Assembly: GCA_951406725.2 (NCBI GenBank)
Contig: OX597836.1
Location: forward strand, 13,392,001-13,456,000
DNA from: Octopus vulgaris
Lineage: Eukaryota
Reading direction: 5' to 3'
DNA length: 64,000 nt
The position numbers and the translations under genes are program-made. The notes beneath the pieces are model-generated. The model was given only the letters and a program-made list of their open reading frames with translations, searched no databases and was not told the DNA's origin. Below, one piece after another: positions 41,459-56,601 of this stretch. Positions within the stretch are counted from its first letter, which is position 1. Each line of letters begins with the position of its first letter.

Positions 41459-41523
41459 GGCTATAGACACACTATCTGTGCCCTATCAAATACTGATAGG
41501 GCACAGATAGTGTGTCTATAGCC
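41459..41523. repeat. Perfect 30-bp-stem hairpin, 5-nt loop
   Basis: GGCTATAGACACACTATCTGTGCCCTATCA-AATAC-TGATAGGGCACAGATAGTGTGTCTATAGCC. Confidence 0.95.
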
Positions 41524-41579
41524 CGACTTCACTACCAACCTGACCTTAGCCATTTGCTATGTTTATAAAGGCACTTACT

Positions 41580-42490
41580 CATACATACATACATAAATAA
41601 ATACACACACATACGTACATACATACATACATACATACATACATACATACATAAATACATACATACATACATTCATACATACATTCATACATACATACAT
41701 ACACACATACATACACACATACATACATAAATACATACATACATACATACATACATACATACATACATAAATACATACATACATACATACATAAATACAT
41801 ACACACATACGTACATAAATACATACATACATACATACATACATACATAAATACATACATACATACATACATAAATACATACATACATACATACATACCA
41901 CATACGTACATAAATACATACATACATACATACATACATACATTCATACATACATACATACATACATACATACATACATACATACATACATACATACATA
42001 CATACATACATACATACATACATACATACATACATACATACATACATGCATGCATACATACATACATACATACATACATACATACATACATACATACATA
42101 CATACATACATACATACATACATACATAAATACATACATACATACATAAATACATACATACATACATACATACATACATACATACATACATACATACATA
42201 CACACATACGTACATACACACATACGTACATAAATACATACACACATACGTACATAAATACATACATACATACATACATACATACATACATACATACATT
42301 CATACATAAATACATACATACATACATAAATACATGCTTACATACATACATACATAAATACATACATACATAAATACACACATACATACATACATACATA
42401 CATACATACATACATACATACATACATACATACATACATACATACATACATACATACATACATACATACATACATACATACATACACACA
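41580..42490. repeat. (CATA)n microsatellite, ~900 bp
   Basis: Direct reading. Confidence 0.97.
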
Positions 42491-42576
42491 CACATGTATA
42501 TATAATGGGTAGTTTCCATCAACCAAATTCCTTCACGTCCTGCTCTATACCAGTAGGCACTTTTCTCAAGGTACTT

Positions 42577-42722
42577 GGTAAGTAGCTTGCTTACCAACCA
42601 CATGGTTCCGGGTTCAGTCCCACTGCGTGGCACCTTGGGCAAATGTCTTCCACTATAGCCTCGGGCCGACCAAAGCGTTGTGAGTGGATTTGGTAGACGG
42701 AAACTGAAAGAAGCCCGTCGTG

Positions 42723-42792
<70 letters not shown>

Positions 42793-43077
42793 CGTGTGTA
42801 TGTGTGTGCGTGTGTGTGTGTGTCTGTGTCTGGGTGTGTGTTTATGTGTGTGTGTGTGTGTCTGTGTCTGTGTGTGTGTGTCTGTGTGTGTGTGTGTGTC
42901 TGTGTCTGTGTGTGTGTCTCTGCCTGTCCACCCCAACCGATGCTGGTGTGTTTACGTCCCCGTAACTTAGCGGTTCGGCAAAAGAGACCAAAGAACAAGT
43001 CCTGGGGGTCGATATGCTCGACTAAAAAAGGCGGTGCTCCAGTCAAAATGACCTGAAACAAGTAAAAAGAGTAAAAG
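42577..43077 (+). mobile_element. SINE family A with expanded (TA)/(TG) interior and deletions
   Basis: Match to family. Confidence 0.88.
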
Positions 43078-43394
43078 CGTGGGATTGAACCTGAAACCAC
43101 GAAGTAGCAAAAGCAAGCTTCTTAACCGCACCTCTATGCACACCTATAATTAGATACATTACGACGTGAGTAATGTGACGATTCTATCACGCAAAATATT
43201 ATTTGTAACACCAGGAGTGAAACGCTCATGACAAATATTGCTATATTAAAGGATGAAATGCCACCTGCGAGACACCTGATAGCCAAGTATTGATAAAGGA
43301 GTCTCAAGTTCAACAGCGAAGCTTTTGTTATCCATGCCGTCCCCTAGCAACAGTTGTCCTGGTTGTCGTACAAACGTCACGCGAGAGCTAGAAT

Positions 43395-46300
43395 ATGGCC
43401 ACACCTTTAAGAGTAAAGAAAATGGTGGACCATTACAATAGAGAGAGAGTGAAATCCGATACAAACACTTCAGAGATATTGTTGGAGCATTACAATAGAG
43501 ACTGCAATCAGATACTGAGAGAAGAGAACCCGGATTTGGACACGCCCTTAAAAATAAGGAATATTGTTGGGACATTACAATAGAATCAACAATCCGATAT
43601 AAAAACAAGGGAACCAGGATTTTGCTAAACCTTTAGAAATAAGGAACATTGTTGGGACATTACAATAGAATCAGCAGTCCGATATAAAAACAAGGGAACC
43701 AGGATTTAGCCACACCTTTAGAAATAAGGAACATTGTTGGGACATTACAATAGAATCAACAATCCGATATAAAAACAAGGGAACCAGGATTTAGCCACAC
43801 CTTTAGAAATAAGGAACATTGTTGGGACATTACAATAGAATCAACAATCCGATATAAAAACAAGGGAACCAGGATTTTTCCAAACCTTTAGAAATAAGGA
43901 ACATTGTTGGGACATTACAATAGAATCAGCAGTCCGATATAAAAACAAGGGAACCAGGATTTTTCCAAACCTTTAGAAATAAGGAACATTGTTGGGACAT
44001 TACAATAGAATCAACAATCCGATATAAAAACAAGGGAACCAGGATTTTGCCAAATCTTTAGAAATAAGGAACATTGTTGGGACATTACAATAGAATCAAC
44101 AATCCGATATAAAAACAAGGGAACCAGGATTTTTCCAAACCTTTAGAAATAAGGAACATTGTTGGGACATTACAATAGAATCAGCAGTCCGATATAAAAA
44201 CAAGGGAACCAGGATTTTTCCAAACCTTTAGAAATAAGGAACATTGTTGGGACATTACAATAGAATCAGCAGTCCGATATAAAAACAAGGGAACCAGGAT
44301 TTTTCCAAACCTTTAGAAATAAGGAACATTGTTGGGACATTACAATAGAATCAGCAGTCCGATATAAAAACAAGGGAACCAGGATTTTTCCAAACCTTTA
44401 GAAATAAGGAACATTGTTGGGACATTACAATAGAATCAGCAGTCCGATATAAAAACAAGGGAACCAGGATTTTGCTAAACCTTTAGAAATAAGGAACATT
44501 GTTGGGACATTACAATAGAATCAGCAGTCCGATATAAAAACAAGGGAACCAGGATTTTTCCAAACCTTTAGAAATAAGGAACATTGTTGGGACATTACAA
44601 TAGAATCAGCAGTCCGATATAAAAACAAGGGAACCAGGATTTTTCCAAACCTTTAGAAATAAGGAACATTGTTGGGACATTACAATAGAATCAGCAGTCC
44701 GATATAAAAACAAGGGAACCAGGATTTAGCCACACCTTTAGAAATAAGGAACATTGTTGGGACATTACAATAGAATCAGCAGTCCGATATAAAAACAAGG
44801 GAACCAGGATTTTTCCAAACCTTTAGAAATAAGGAACATTGTTGGGACATTACAATAGAATCAACAATCCGATATAAAAACAAGGGAACCAGGATTTTTC
44901 CAAACCTTTAGAAATAAGGAACATTGTTGGGACATTACAATAGAATCAGCAGTCCGATATAAAAACAAGGGAACCAGGATTTTTCCAAACCTTTAGAAAT
45001 AAGGAACATTGTTGGGACATTACAATAGAATCAGCAGTCCGATATAAAAACAAGGGAACCAGGATTTTGCCAAACCTTTAGAAATAAGGAACATTGTTGG
45101 GACATTACAATAGAATCAGCAGTCCGATATAAAACAAGGGAACCAGGATTTTGCTAAACCTTTAGAAATAAGGAACATTGTTGGGACATTACAATAGAAT
45201 CAGCAGTCCGATATAAAAACAAGGGAACCAGGATTTTGCCAAACCTTTAGAAATAAGGAACATTGTTGGGACATTACAATAGAATCAGCAATCCGATATA
45301 AAAACAAGGGAACCAGGATTTTTCCAAACCTTTAGAAATAAGGAACATTGTTGGGACATTACAATAGAATCAGCAGTCCGATATAAAAACAAGGGAACCA
45401 GGATTTAGCCACACCTTTAGAAATAAGGAACATTGTTGGGACATTACAATAGAATCAGCAGTCCGATATAAAAACAAGGGAACCAGGATTTAGCCACACC
45501 TTTAGAAATAAGGAACATTGTTGGGACATTACAATAGAATCAGCAGTCCGATATAAAAACAAGGGAACCAGGATTTAGCCACACCTTTAGAAATAAGGAA
45601 CATTGTTGGGACATTACAATAGAATCAGCAGTCCGATATAAAAACAAGGGAACCAGGATTTAGCCACACCTTTAGAAATAAGGAACATTGCTGGGACATT
45701 ACAATAGAATCAGCAGTCCGATATAAAAACAAGGGAACCAGGATTTATCCACGCCTTTAGAAATAAGGAACATTGTTGGGACATTACAATAGAATCAGCA
45801 GTCCGATATAAAAACAAGGGAACCAGGATTTAGCCACACCTTTAGAAATAAGGAACATTGTTGGGACATTACAATAGAATCAGCAGTCCGATATAAAAAC
45901 AAGGGAACCAGGATTTAGCCACACCTTTAGAAATAAGGAACATTGTTGGGACATTACAATAGAATCAGCAGTCCGATATAAAAACAAGGGAACCAGGATT
46001 TAGCCACACCTTTAGAAATAAGGAACATTGTTGGGACATTACAATAGAATCAGCAGTCCGATATAAAAACAAGGGAACCAGGATTTAGCCACAACTTTAG
46101 AAATAAGGAACATTGTTGGGACATTACAATAGAATCAGCAGTCCGATATAAAAACAAGGGAACCAGGATTTAGCCACACCTTTAGAAATAAGGAACATTG
46201 TTGGGACATTACAATAGAATCAGCAGTCCGATATAAAAACAAGGGAACCAGGAATTTAGCCAAACCTTTAGAAATAAGGAACATTGTTGGGACATTACAA

Positions 46301-49300
46301 TAGAATCAGCAGTCCGATATAAAAACAAGGGAACCAGGATTTAGCCAACCTTTAGAAATAAGGAACATTGTTGGGACATTACAATAGAATCAGCAGTCCG
46401 ATATAAAAACAAGGGAACCAGGATTTAGCCACACCGTTAGAAATAAGGAACATTGTTGGGACATTACAATAGAATCAGCAGTCCGATATAAAAACAAGGG
46501 AACCAGGATTTAGCCACACCTTTAGAAATAAGGAACATTGTTGGGACATTACAATAGAATCAGCAGTCCGATATAAAAACAAGGGAACCAGGATTTAGCC
46601 ACACCTTTAGAAATAAGGAACATTGTTGGGACATTACAATAGAATCAGCAGTCCGATATAAAAACAAGGGAACCAGAATTTAGCCACACCTTTACAAATA
46701 AGGAACATTGCTGGGACATTACAATAGAATCAACAATCCGATATAAAAACAAGGGAACCAGGATTTAGCCACACCTTTAGAAATAAGGAACATTGTTGGG
46801 ACATTACAATAGAATCAGCAGTCCGATATAAAAACAAGGGAACCAGGATTTAGCCACACCTTTAGAAATAAGGAACATTGTTGGGACATTACAATAGAAT
46901 CAGCAGTCCGATATAAAAACAAGGGAACCAGGATTTAGCCACACCTTTAGAAATAAGGAACATTGTTGGGACATTACAATAGAATCAGCAGTCCGATATA
47001 AAAACAAGGGAACCAGGATTTAGCCACACCTTTAGAAATAAGGAACATTGCTGGGACATTACAATAGAATCAGCAGTCCGATATAAAAACAAGGGAACCA
47101 GGATTTAGCCACACCTTTAGAAATAAGGAACATTGCTGGGACATTACAATAGAATCAGCAGTCCGATATAAAAACAAGGGAACCAGGATTTAGCCACACC
47201 TTTAGAAATAAGGAACATTGTTGGGACATTACAATAGAATCAGCAGTCCGATATAAAAACAAGGGAACCAGGATTTAGCCACACCTTTAGAAATAAGGAA
47301 CATTGTTGGGACATTACAATAGAATCAGCAGTCCGATATAAAAACAAGGGAACCAGGATTTAGCCACACCTTTAGAAATAAGGAACATTGTTGGGACATT
47401 ACAATAGAATCAGCAGTCCGATATAAAAACAAGGGAACCAGGATTTAGCCACACCTTTAGAAATAAGGAACATTGCTGGGACATTACAATAGAATCAACA
47501 GTCCGATATAAAAACAAGGGAACCAGGATTTAGCCACACCTTTAGAAATAAGGAACATTGTTGGGACATTACAATAGAATCAGCAGTCCGATATAAAAAC
47601 AAGGGAACCAGGATTTAGCCACACCTTTAGAAATAAGGAACATTGTTGGGACATTACAATAGAATCAGCAGTCCGATATAAAAACAAGGGAACCAGGATT
47701 TAGCCACACCTTTAGAAATAAGGAACATTGTTGGGACATTACAATAGAATCAGCAGTCCGATATAAAAACAAGGGAACCAGGATTTAGCCACACCTTTAG
47801 AAATAAGGAACATTGTTGGGACATTACAATAGAATCAGCAGTCCGATATAAAAACAAGGGAACCAGGATTTAGCCACACCTTTAGAAATAAGGAACATTG
47901 TTGGGACATTACAATAGAATCAGCAGTCCGATATAAAAACAAGGGAACCAGAATTTAGCCACACCTTTAGAAATAAGGAACATTGCTGGGACATTACAAT
48001 AGAATCAGCAGTCCGATATAAAAACAAGGGAACCAGGATTTAGCCACACCTTTAGAAATAAGGAACATTGTTGGGACATTACAATAGAATCAGCAGTCCG
48101 ATATAAAAACAAGGGAACCAGGATTTAGCCACACCTTTAGAAATAAGGAACATTGTTGGGACATTACAATAGAATCAGCAGTCCGATATAAAAACAAGGG
48201 AACCAGGATTTAGCCACACCTTTAGAAATAAGGAACATTGTTGGGACATTACAATAGAATCAGCAGTCCGATATAAAAACAAGGGAACCAGGATTTAGCC
48301 ACACCTTTAGAAATAAGGAACATTGTTGGGACATTACAATAGAATCAGCAGTCCGATATAAAAACAAGGGAACCAGGATTTAGCCACACCTTTAGAAATA
48401 AGGAACATTGTTGGGACATTACAATAGAATCAGCAGTCCGATATAAAAACAAGGGAACCAGCCAGGATTTAGCCACACCTTTAGAAATAAGGAACATTGT
48501 TGGGACATTACAATAGAATCAGCAGTCCGATATAAAAACAAGGGAACCAGGATTTAGCCACACCTTTAGAAATAAGGAACATTGTTGGGACATTACAATA
48601 GAATCAGCAGTCCGATATAAAAACAAGGGAACCAGGATTTAGCCACACCTTTAGAAATAAGGAACATTGTTGGGACATTACAATAGAATCAGCAGTCCGA
48701 TATAAAAACAAGGGAACCAGGATTTAGCCACACCTTTAGAAATAAGGAACATTGTTGGGACATTACAATAGAATCAGCAGTCCGATATAAAAACAAGGGA
48801 ACCAGGATTTAGCCACACCTTTAGAAATAAGGAACATTGTTGGGACATTACAATAGAATCAGCAGTCCGATATAAAAACAAGGGAACCAGGATTTAGCCA
48901 CACCTTTAGAAATAAGGAACATTGTTGGGACATTACAATAGAATCAGCAGTCCGATATAAAAACAAGGGAAAAAGGATTTAGCCACACCTTTAGAAATAA
49001 GGAACATTGTTGGGACATTACAATAGAATCAACAATCCGATATAAAAACAAGGGAACCAGGATTTAGCCACACCTTTAGAAATAAGGAACATTGTTGGGA
49101 CATTACAATAGAATCAGCAGTCCGATATAAAAACAAGGGAACCAGGATTTAGCCACACCTTTAGAAATAAGGAACATTGTTGGGACATTACAATAGAATC
49201 AGCAGTCCGATATAAAAAACAAGGGAACCAGGATTTAGCCACACCTTTAGAAATAAGGAACATTGTTGGGACATTACAATAGAATCAGCAGTCCGATAGT

Positions 49301-52300
49301 CCGATATAAAAACAAGGGAACCAGGATTTAGCCACACCTTTAGAAATAAGGAACATTGCTGGGACATTACAATAGAATCAGCAGTCCGATATAAAAACAA
49401 GGGAACCAGAATTTAGCCACACCTTTAGAAATAAGGAACATTGTTGGGACATTACAATAGAATCAGCAGTCCGATATAAAAACAAGGGAACCAGGATTTA
49501 GCCACACCTTTAGAAATAAGGAACATTGTTGGGACATTACAATAGAATCAGCAGTCCGATATAAAAACAAGGGAACCAGGATTTAGCCACACCTTTAGAA
49601 ATAAGGAACATTGTTGGGACATTACAATAGAATCAGCAGTCCGATATAAAAACAAGGGAACCAGAATTTAGCCACACCTTTAGAAATAAGGAACATTGTT
49701 GGGACATTACAATAGAATCAGCAGTCCGATATAAAAACAAGGGAACCAGGATTTAGCCACACCTTTAGAAATAAGGAACATTGTTGGGACATTACAATAG
49801 AATCAGCAGTCCGATATAAAAACAAGGGAACCAGATTTAGCCACACCTTTAGAAATAAGGAACATTGTTGGGACATTACAATAGAATCAGCAGTCCGATA
49901 TAAAAACAAGGGAACCAGGATTTAGCCACACCTTTAGAAATAAGGAACATTGTTGGGACATTACAATAGAATCAGCAGTCCGATATAAAAACAAGGGAAC
50001 CAGGATTTAGCCACACCTTTAGAAATAAGGAACATTGTTGGGACATTACAATAGAATCAGCAGTCCGATATAAAAACAAGGGAACCAGGATTTAGCCACA
50101 CCTTTAGAAATAAGGAACATTGTTGGGACATTACAATAGAATCAGCAGTCCGATATAAAAACAAGGGAACCAGGATTTAGCCACACCTTTAGAAATAAGG
50201 AACATTGTTGGGACATTACAATAGAATCAGCAGTCCGATATAAAAACAAGGGAACCAGAATTTAGCCACACCTTTAGAAATAAGGAACATTGCTGGGACA
50301 TTACAATAGAATCAGCAGTCCGATATAAAAACAAGGGAACCAGGATTTAGCCACACCTTTAGAAATAAGGAACATTGTTGGGACATTACAATAGAATCAG
50401 CAGTCCGATATAAAAACAAGGGAACCAGGATTTAGCCACACCTTTAGAAATAAGGAACATTGTTGGGACATTACAATAGAATCAACAATCCGATATAAAA
50501 ACAAGGGAACCAGGATTTAGCCACACCTTTAGAAATAAGGAACATTGTTGGGACATTACAATAGAATCAGCAGTCCGATATAAAAACAAGGGAACCAGGA
50601 TTTAGCCACACCTTTAGAAATAAGGAACATTGTTGGGACATTACAATAGAATCAGCAGTCCGATATAAAAACAAGGGAACCAGGATTTAGCCACACCTTT
50701 AGAAATAAGGAACATTGTTGGGACATTACAATAGAATCAGCAGTCCGATATAAAAACAAGGGAACCAGGATTTAGCCACACCTTTAGAAATAAGGAACAT
50801 TGTTGGGACATTACAATAGAATCAGCAGTCCGATATAAAAACAAGGGAACCAGGATTTAGCCACACCTTTAGAAATAAGGAACATTGTTGGGACATTACA
50901 ATAGAATCAGCAGTCCGATATAAAAACAAGGGAACCAGGATTTAGCCACACCTTTAGAAATAAGGAACATTGTTGGGACATTACAATAGAATCAGCAGTC
51001 CGATATAAAAACAAGGGAACCAGGATTTAGCCACACCTTTAGAAATAAGGAACATTGTTGGGACATTACAATAGAATCAGCAGTCCGATATAAAAACAAG
51101 GGAACCAGGATTTAGCCACACCTTTAGAAATAAGGAACATTGTTGGGACATTACAATAGAATCAGCAGTCCGATATAAAAACAAGGGAACCAGGATTTAG
51201 CCACACCTTTAGAAATAAGGAACATTGTTGGGACATTACAATAGAATCAGCAGTCCGATATAAAAACAAGGGAACCAGGATTTAGCCACGCCTTTAGAAA
51301 TAAGGAACATTGTTGGGACATTACAATAGAATCAACAATCCGATATAAAAACAAGGGAACCAGGATTTAGCCACACCTTTAGAAATAAGGAACATTGTTG
51401 GGACATTACAATAGAATCAGCAGTCCGATATAAAAACAAGGGAACCAGGATTTAGCCACACCTTTAGAAATAAGGAACATTGTTGGGACATTACAATAGA
51501 ATCAGCAGTCCGATATAAAAACAAGGGAACCAGGATTTAGCCACACCTTTAGAAATAAGGAACATTGTTGGGACATTACAATAGAATCAGCAGTCCGATA
51601 TAAAAACAAGGGAACCAGGATTTAGCCACACCTTTAGAAATAAGGAACATTGTTGGGACATTACAATAGAATCAGCAGTCCGATATAAAAACAAGGGAAC
51701 CAGGATTTAGCCACACCTTTAGAAATAAGGAACATTGTTGGGACATTACAATAGAATCAGCAGTCCGATATAAAAACAAGGGAACCAGGATTTAGCCACA
51801 CCTTTAGAAATAAGGAACATTGTTGGGACATTACAATAGAATCAGCAGTCCGATATAAAAACAAGGGAACCAGGATTTAGCCACACCTTTAGAAATAAGG
51901 AACATTGTTGGGACATTACAATAGAATCAGCAGTCCGATATAAAAACAAGGGAACCAGGATTTAGCCACACCTTTAGAAATAAGGAACATTGTTGGGACA
52001 TTACAATAGAATCAGCAGTCCGATATAAAAACAAGGGAACCAGGATTTAGCCACACCTTTAGAAATAAGGAACATTGTTGGGACATTACAATAGAATCAG
52101 CAGTCCGATATAAAAACAAGGGAACCAGGATTTAGCCACACCTTTAGAAATAAGGAACATTGTTGGGACATTACAATAGAATCAGCAGTCCGATATAAAA
52201 ACAAGGGAACCAGGATTTAGCGAAACCTTTAGAAATAAGGAACATTGTTGGGACATTACAATAGAATCAGCAGTCCGATATAAAAACAAGGGAACCAGGA

Positions 52301-53868
52301 TTTTTCGAAACCTTTAGAAATAAGGAACATTGTTGGGACATTACAATAGAATCAGCAGTCCGATATAAAAACAAGGGAACCAGGATTTAGCCACAACCTT
52401 TAGAAATAAGGAACATTGTTGGGACATTACAATAGAATCAGCAGTCCGATATAAAAACAAGGGAACCAGGATTTAGCCACACCTTTAGAAATAAGGAACA
52501 TTGTTGGGACATTACAATAGAATCAACAATCCGATATAAAAACAAGGGAACCAGGATTTTTCGAAACCTTTAGAAATAAGGAACATTGTTGGGACATTAC
52601 AATAGAATCAGCAGTCCGCTATAAAAACAAGGGAACCAGGATTTAGCCACACCTTTAGAAATAAGGAACATTGTTGGGACATTACAATAGAATCAGCAGT
52701 CCGATATAAAAACAAGGGAACCAGGATTTAGCCACACCTTTAGAAATAAGGAACATTGTTGGGACATTACAATAGAATCAGCAGTCCGATATAAAAACAA
52801 GGGAACCAGGATTTTTCCAAACCTTTAGAAATAAGGAACATTGTTGGGACATTACAATAGAATCAGCAGTCCGATATAAAAACAAGGGAACCAGGATTTA
52901 GCCACACCTTTAGAAATAAGGAACATTGTTGGGACATTACAATAGAATCAACAATCCGATATAAAAACAAGGGAACCAGGATTTTGCCAAACCTTTAGAA
53001 ATAAGGAACATTGTTGGGACATTACAATAGAATCAGCAGTCCGATATAAAAACAAGGGAACCAGGATTTAGCCAAACCTTTAGAAATAAGGAACATTGTT
53101 GGGACATTACAATAGAATCAGCAGTCCGATATAAAAACAAGGGAACCAGGATTTTGCCAAACCTTTAGAAATAAGGAACATTGTTGGGACATTACAATAG
53201 AATCAGCAGTCCGATATAAAAACAAGGGAACCAGGATTTTGCCAAACCTTTAGAAATAAGGAACATTGTTGGGACATTACAATAGAATCAGCAGTCCGAT
53301 ATAAAAACAAGGGAACCAGGATTTTGCCAAACCTTTAGAAATAAGGAACATTGTTGGGACATTACAATAGAATCAGCAGTCCGATATAAAAACAAGGGAA
53401 CCAGGATTTTGCCAAACCTTTAGAAATAAGGAACATTGTTGGGACATTACAATAGAATCAGCAGTCCGATATAAAAACAAGGGAACCAGGATTTTGCCAA
53501 ACCTTTAGAAATAAGGAACATTGTTGGGACATTACAATAGAATCAGCAGTCCGATATAAAAACAAGGGAACCAGGATTTTGCCAAACCTTTAAAAATAAG
53601 GAACATTGCTGGGACATTCCACAGGAAACAGCAATCCGATATAAATACAACATAGACAGAACATAGACACACCTTCAAAAATAAGGAATATTGTAGGGAC
53701 ATTACAAAAGAATCCGCAGTTCAATACAAACGCAAGAGAACCAGAATTTAGCCACGCCTTTAGAAATAAGGAATCTTGTTGGAACATTCCAAAAGAAACA
53801 GCAATCCGCTACAAACACAAAAGAACAAGACTTTAGCCACGCCTTTAAAAATAAAGATTATTAGTAGA
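43395..53868. repeat. 85-bp satellite array, ~118 homogeneous units plus degenerate edge units
   Basis: Unit CTTTAGAAATAAGGAACATTGTTGGGACATTACAATAGAATCAGCAGTCCGATATAAAAACAAGGGAACCAGGATTTAGCCACAC; period 85 (e.g. 43801, 43886, 43971). Confidence 0.98.
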
Positions 53869-53926
53869 ACGTTCGTATTTAAATTGAAATCAAGTGCAAA
53901 CTCAGAATATCTTATATTTTTTTATT

Positions 53927-54146
53927 TTATTTCTTTACTACCCACAGAGGGGACAAACAAGGACAGACAAAGGGATTAAGTCGATTACATCGACTCCAGT
54001 GCGTAACTGGTATTTAATTTATCAACCCCGAAAGGATGAAAGGCAAAGTCGACCTCGGCGGAATTTGAACTCAGAACGTAACGGCAGACGAAATACGGAT
54101 ATGCATTTTGCCCGGCGTGCTAACGTTTCTGCCAGCTCGCCGCCTT
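53927..54146 (-). mobile_element. SINE family B
   Basis: Reverse-complement match. Confidence 0.9.
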
Positions 54147-54545
54147 CTGATATTGTCTTATAGGAAAAGGAGCAACAGTAAAAAAACAATAAACAAAGTT
54201 GTAGAGGTCAACTGCTCCGTTACTATGAATGTCTAGTCTAACGATGTGGGAAAGAAAAAAAAAGAAGACAAACAGTTTTGGCGGTCAGTTGCAAAACACG
54301 AAGCTTTTGTGTGCTGGCTTTTAGATGATTTTCTTTGAGTTTATTATCAAAGGTGGTTTGTGACAAGAGATTTGCATAAAAGCTTGGGAATGCTGCGGTT
54401 CTTCAAGAAAGAACAAAGTAAATCCTCATTTGAATCCCAACAATTGACGGCCACGGCATTCCTGAAATGTTCAGTTTGTGTCTGAGAAGAAACGTAGACA
54501 CACGCAGTCACGTTGTACGTGTGTGTGCGTATGTGTGTACGCGCG

Positions 54546-54583
<38 letters not shown>

Positions 54584-54627
54584 TGACATACACAAACATG
54601 CATGAGAGGTAATCACACATACATGTA

Positions 54628-54858
54628 CCTATTTCTTTATTACCCACAAGGGGCTAAACACACAGAGGACAAACAAGGACAGACAAACGGATTAAGTCGA
54701 TTACATCGACCACAGTGATTAACTGGTACTTATTTAATCGACCCTGAAAGGATGAAAGGCAAAGTCGACCTCTGCGGAATTTGAACTCACAACATAACGC
54801 AGACGAAATACCGCTAAGCATTTCGCCCGGCGTGCTAACGTTTCTGCCAGCTCGCCAT
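54628..54858 (-). mobile_element. SINE family B
   Basis: Reverse-complement match. Confidence 0.9.
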
Positions 54859-55036
54859 CGGTATGTGTGGCATACACGCGCATATATATACACAGAGTAT
54901 TCATACACACCACGCGTGCACGCACACGAAGATGCACAATAATATATATGCTTTATATACGCACATATACATAATGAATTATCACTCGCATACGTACAGT
55001 AGCAATCGTGTGACAATCGTTTACGAAAGATATATA

Positions 55037-55420
55037 ATGGCTGTGTGGTAAGTATTTTGCTTACCAACCACATGGTTCCGGGTTCAGTCCCACTGCGTGG
55101 CACCTTGGGCGAGTGTCTTCTACTATAGCCTCGGGCCGACCAAAGCCTTGTGAGTGGATTTGGTAGACGGAAACTGAAAGAAGCCCATCGTAAATATGTG
55201 TATGTATGTGTTTGTGTGTCTGTGTTTGTACTCCCAGCATCGCTTGACGACCGATGCTGGTGTGTTTACGTCCCCGTAACTTAGCGGTTCGGCAAAAGCG
55301 ACTGATAGAATAAGTACCAGGCTTCCAAAGAATAAGTTCTGGGGTCGATTTGCTCGACTAAAGGCGGTGCTTCAGCATGGCCTCAGTCAAATGACTGAAA
55401 CAAGTAAAAGAGTAAAAGAG
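55037..55420 (+). mobile_element. SINE family A
   Basis: Match to family. Confidence 0.92.
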
Positions 55421-55439
55421 TATAGATACACAGACATAA

Positions 55440-56601
55440 CAGAAGTAAATAGACACCCTTATACTCATTAAAATTTATTTACATCTGAAATTACATATTC
55501 AAATTATTTATTAATTGTTATAATGTGAATATTTACTATTTTGTAGACACGTTCTTTGCATTTTTCAATGCTAGGACCCTAATAGGCATGTTACTGATCA
55601 GATGACGAATATTCTCTTGCGGAATTTCTTGCCAATCTGCCTTTGAAGATGCTTTCTTGTTCTTTTATGAAGTGTCCTGTCCATTGTGTCCCAGAAGTGT
55701 TCAATAGAGTTCATATCTGGAGACTGGCTTGGACAAGAAAACTTTTGAATGCCATTCTCATCCAACAAATCTTGGTTATTTTAGCCGTGTAACAAGGAAC
55801 CTCATTTACCATAAATAAAGAGTCTTCTTCAATCATTTCACCACTGGAGAAGATTGGAAGGAGTCCTTTCAGCAATATGGATACATATTTATCTGAGTTA
55901 ATGTTGCCTTTACACTCCACCAGCTCTGATCAACCATTGCTTCAAATTGCTTCCCAGACAATCACAGATTGTTGGCTGCAATCCTTTCAAATCCAATTCT
56001 TGATCACAGTTTCCAGACCCTCACTCAACCACTGTCAGGAAATACAGCAAATCTGGACTCATCAGAGAATATGACAGTGTTCCACTATCTTCTCCACTAT
56101 CTCTGGCCCGATATTTTCTCCGCTTGGTGTTGGCTGATCGAAGAAGTGGCTTCCTTCTTGCTGCTCTGCCATAGTAACCAAGTTTGTGGAGATGTCTGAC
56201 AGTTGTTCTGGGACTGACATCAAATTGTTCTGCTATGTCAGAGGCCTTGCAACGATTATCCTCCACACTTATCTTAACAAAGAGAAGGGTCCTGTCAGAG
56301 GGCCCTGGTTGATGTGGGCAAGGTCATGTGGACTCCTTTCCCTCTCTGGTGAATTGTACAATCACTGTTTACTGTAGAAAGAGGGAACCTAAGGTTTTCT
56401 GGACTATTACGCTATGTCCACCTTCAGAATGACCCACAATACGGCCTCTTTGAAATTCAGACAGTCCCAAAGCTTCTTTTGTACATGGCATGATTAGAAC
56501 CGGAACTAGAAGTATAAAAATGCCAATTGATAAAGAATATAAACCTTTACAAGTTAGAATAAACATAAAACGATGGTTTATGAGGATTCTGTTTACTGCT
56601 G
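55440..56601 (-). mobile_element. Decayed Tc1-like (DD34E) transposon
   Basis: LSEFQRGRIVG; SPRTTVRHLHKLGYYGRAARRKPLL; VIFSDES; INSDKYVSIL; SPDMNSIEHFW; weak TIRs CAG(A/C)AGTAAA(T/C)AGA. Confidence 0.85.

Noticed and set aside
43246-53850. Kolobok-like transposon enclosing the satellite (TTAA-AGG ... CCT-TTAA)
   Set aside because: No inverted-repeat similarity beyond 3 bp; the right motif is part of a degenerate satellite unit
43395-53868. CRISPR-like array (constant repeat plus variable segment)
   Set aside because: The variable site has only a few recurring alleles of the same sequence, no unique spacers, no cas genes, eukaryotic context
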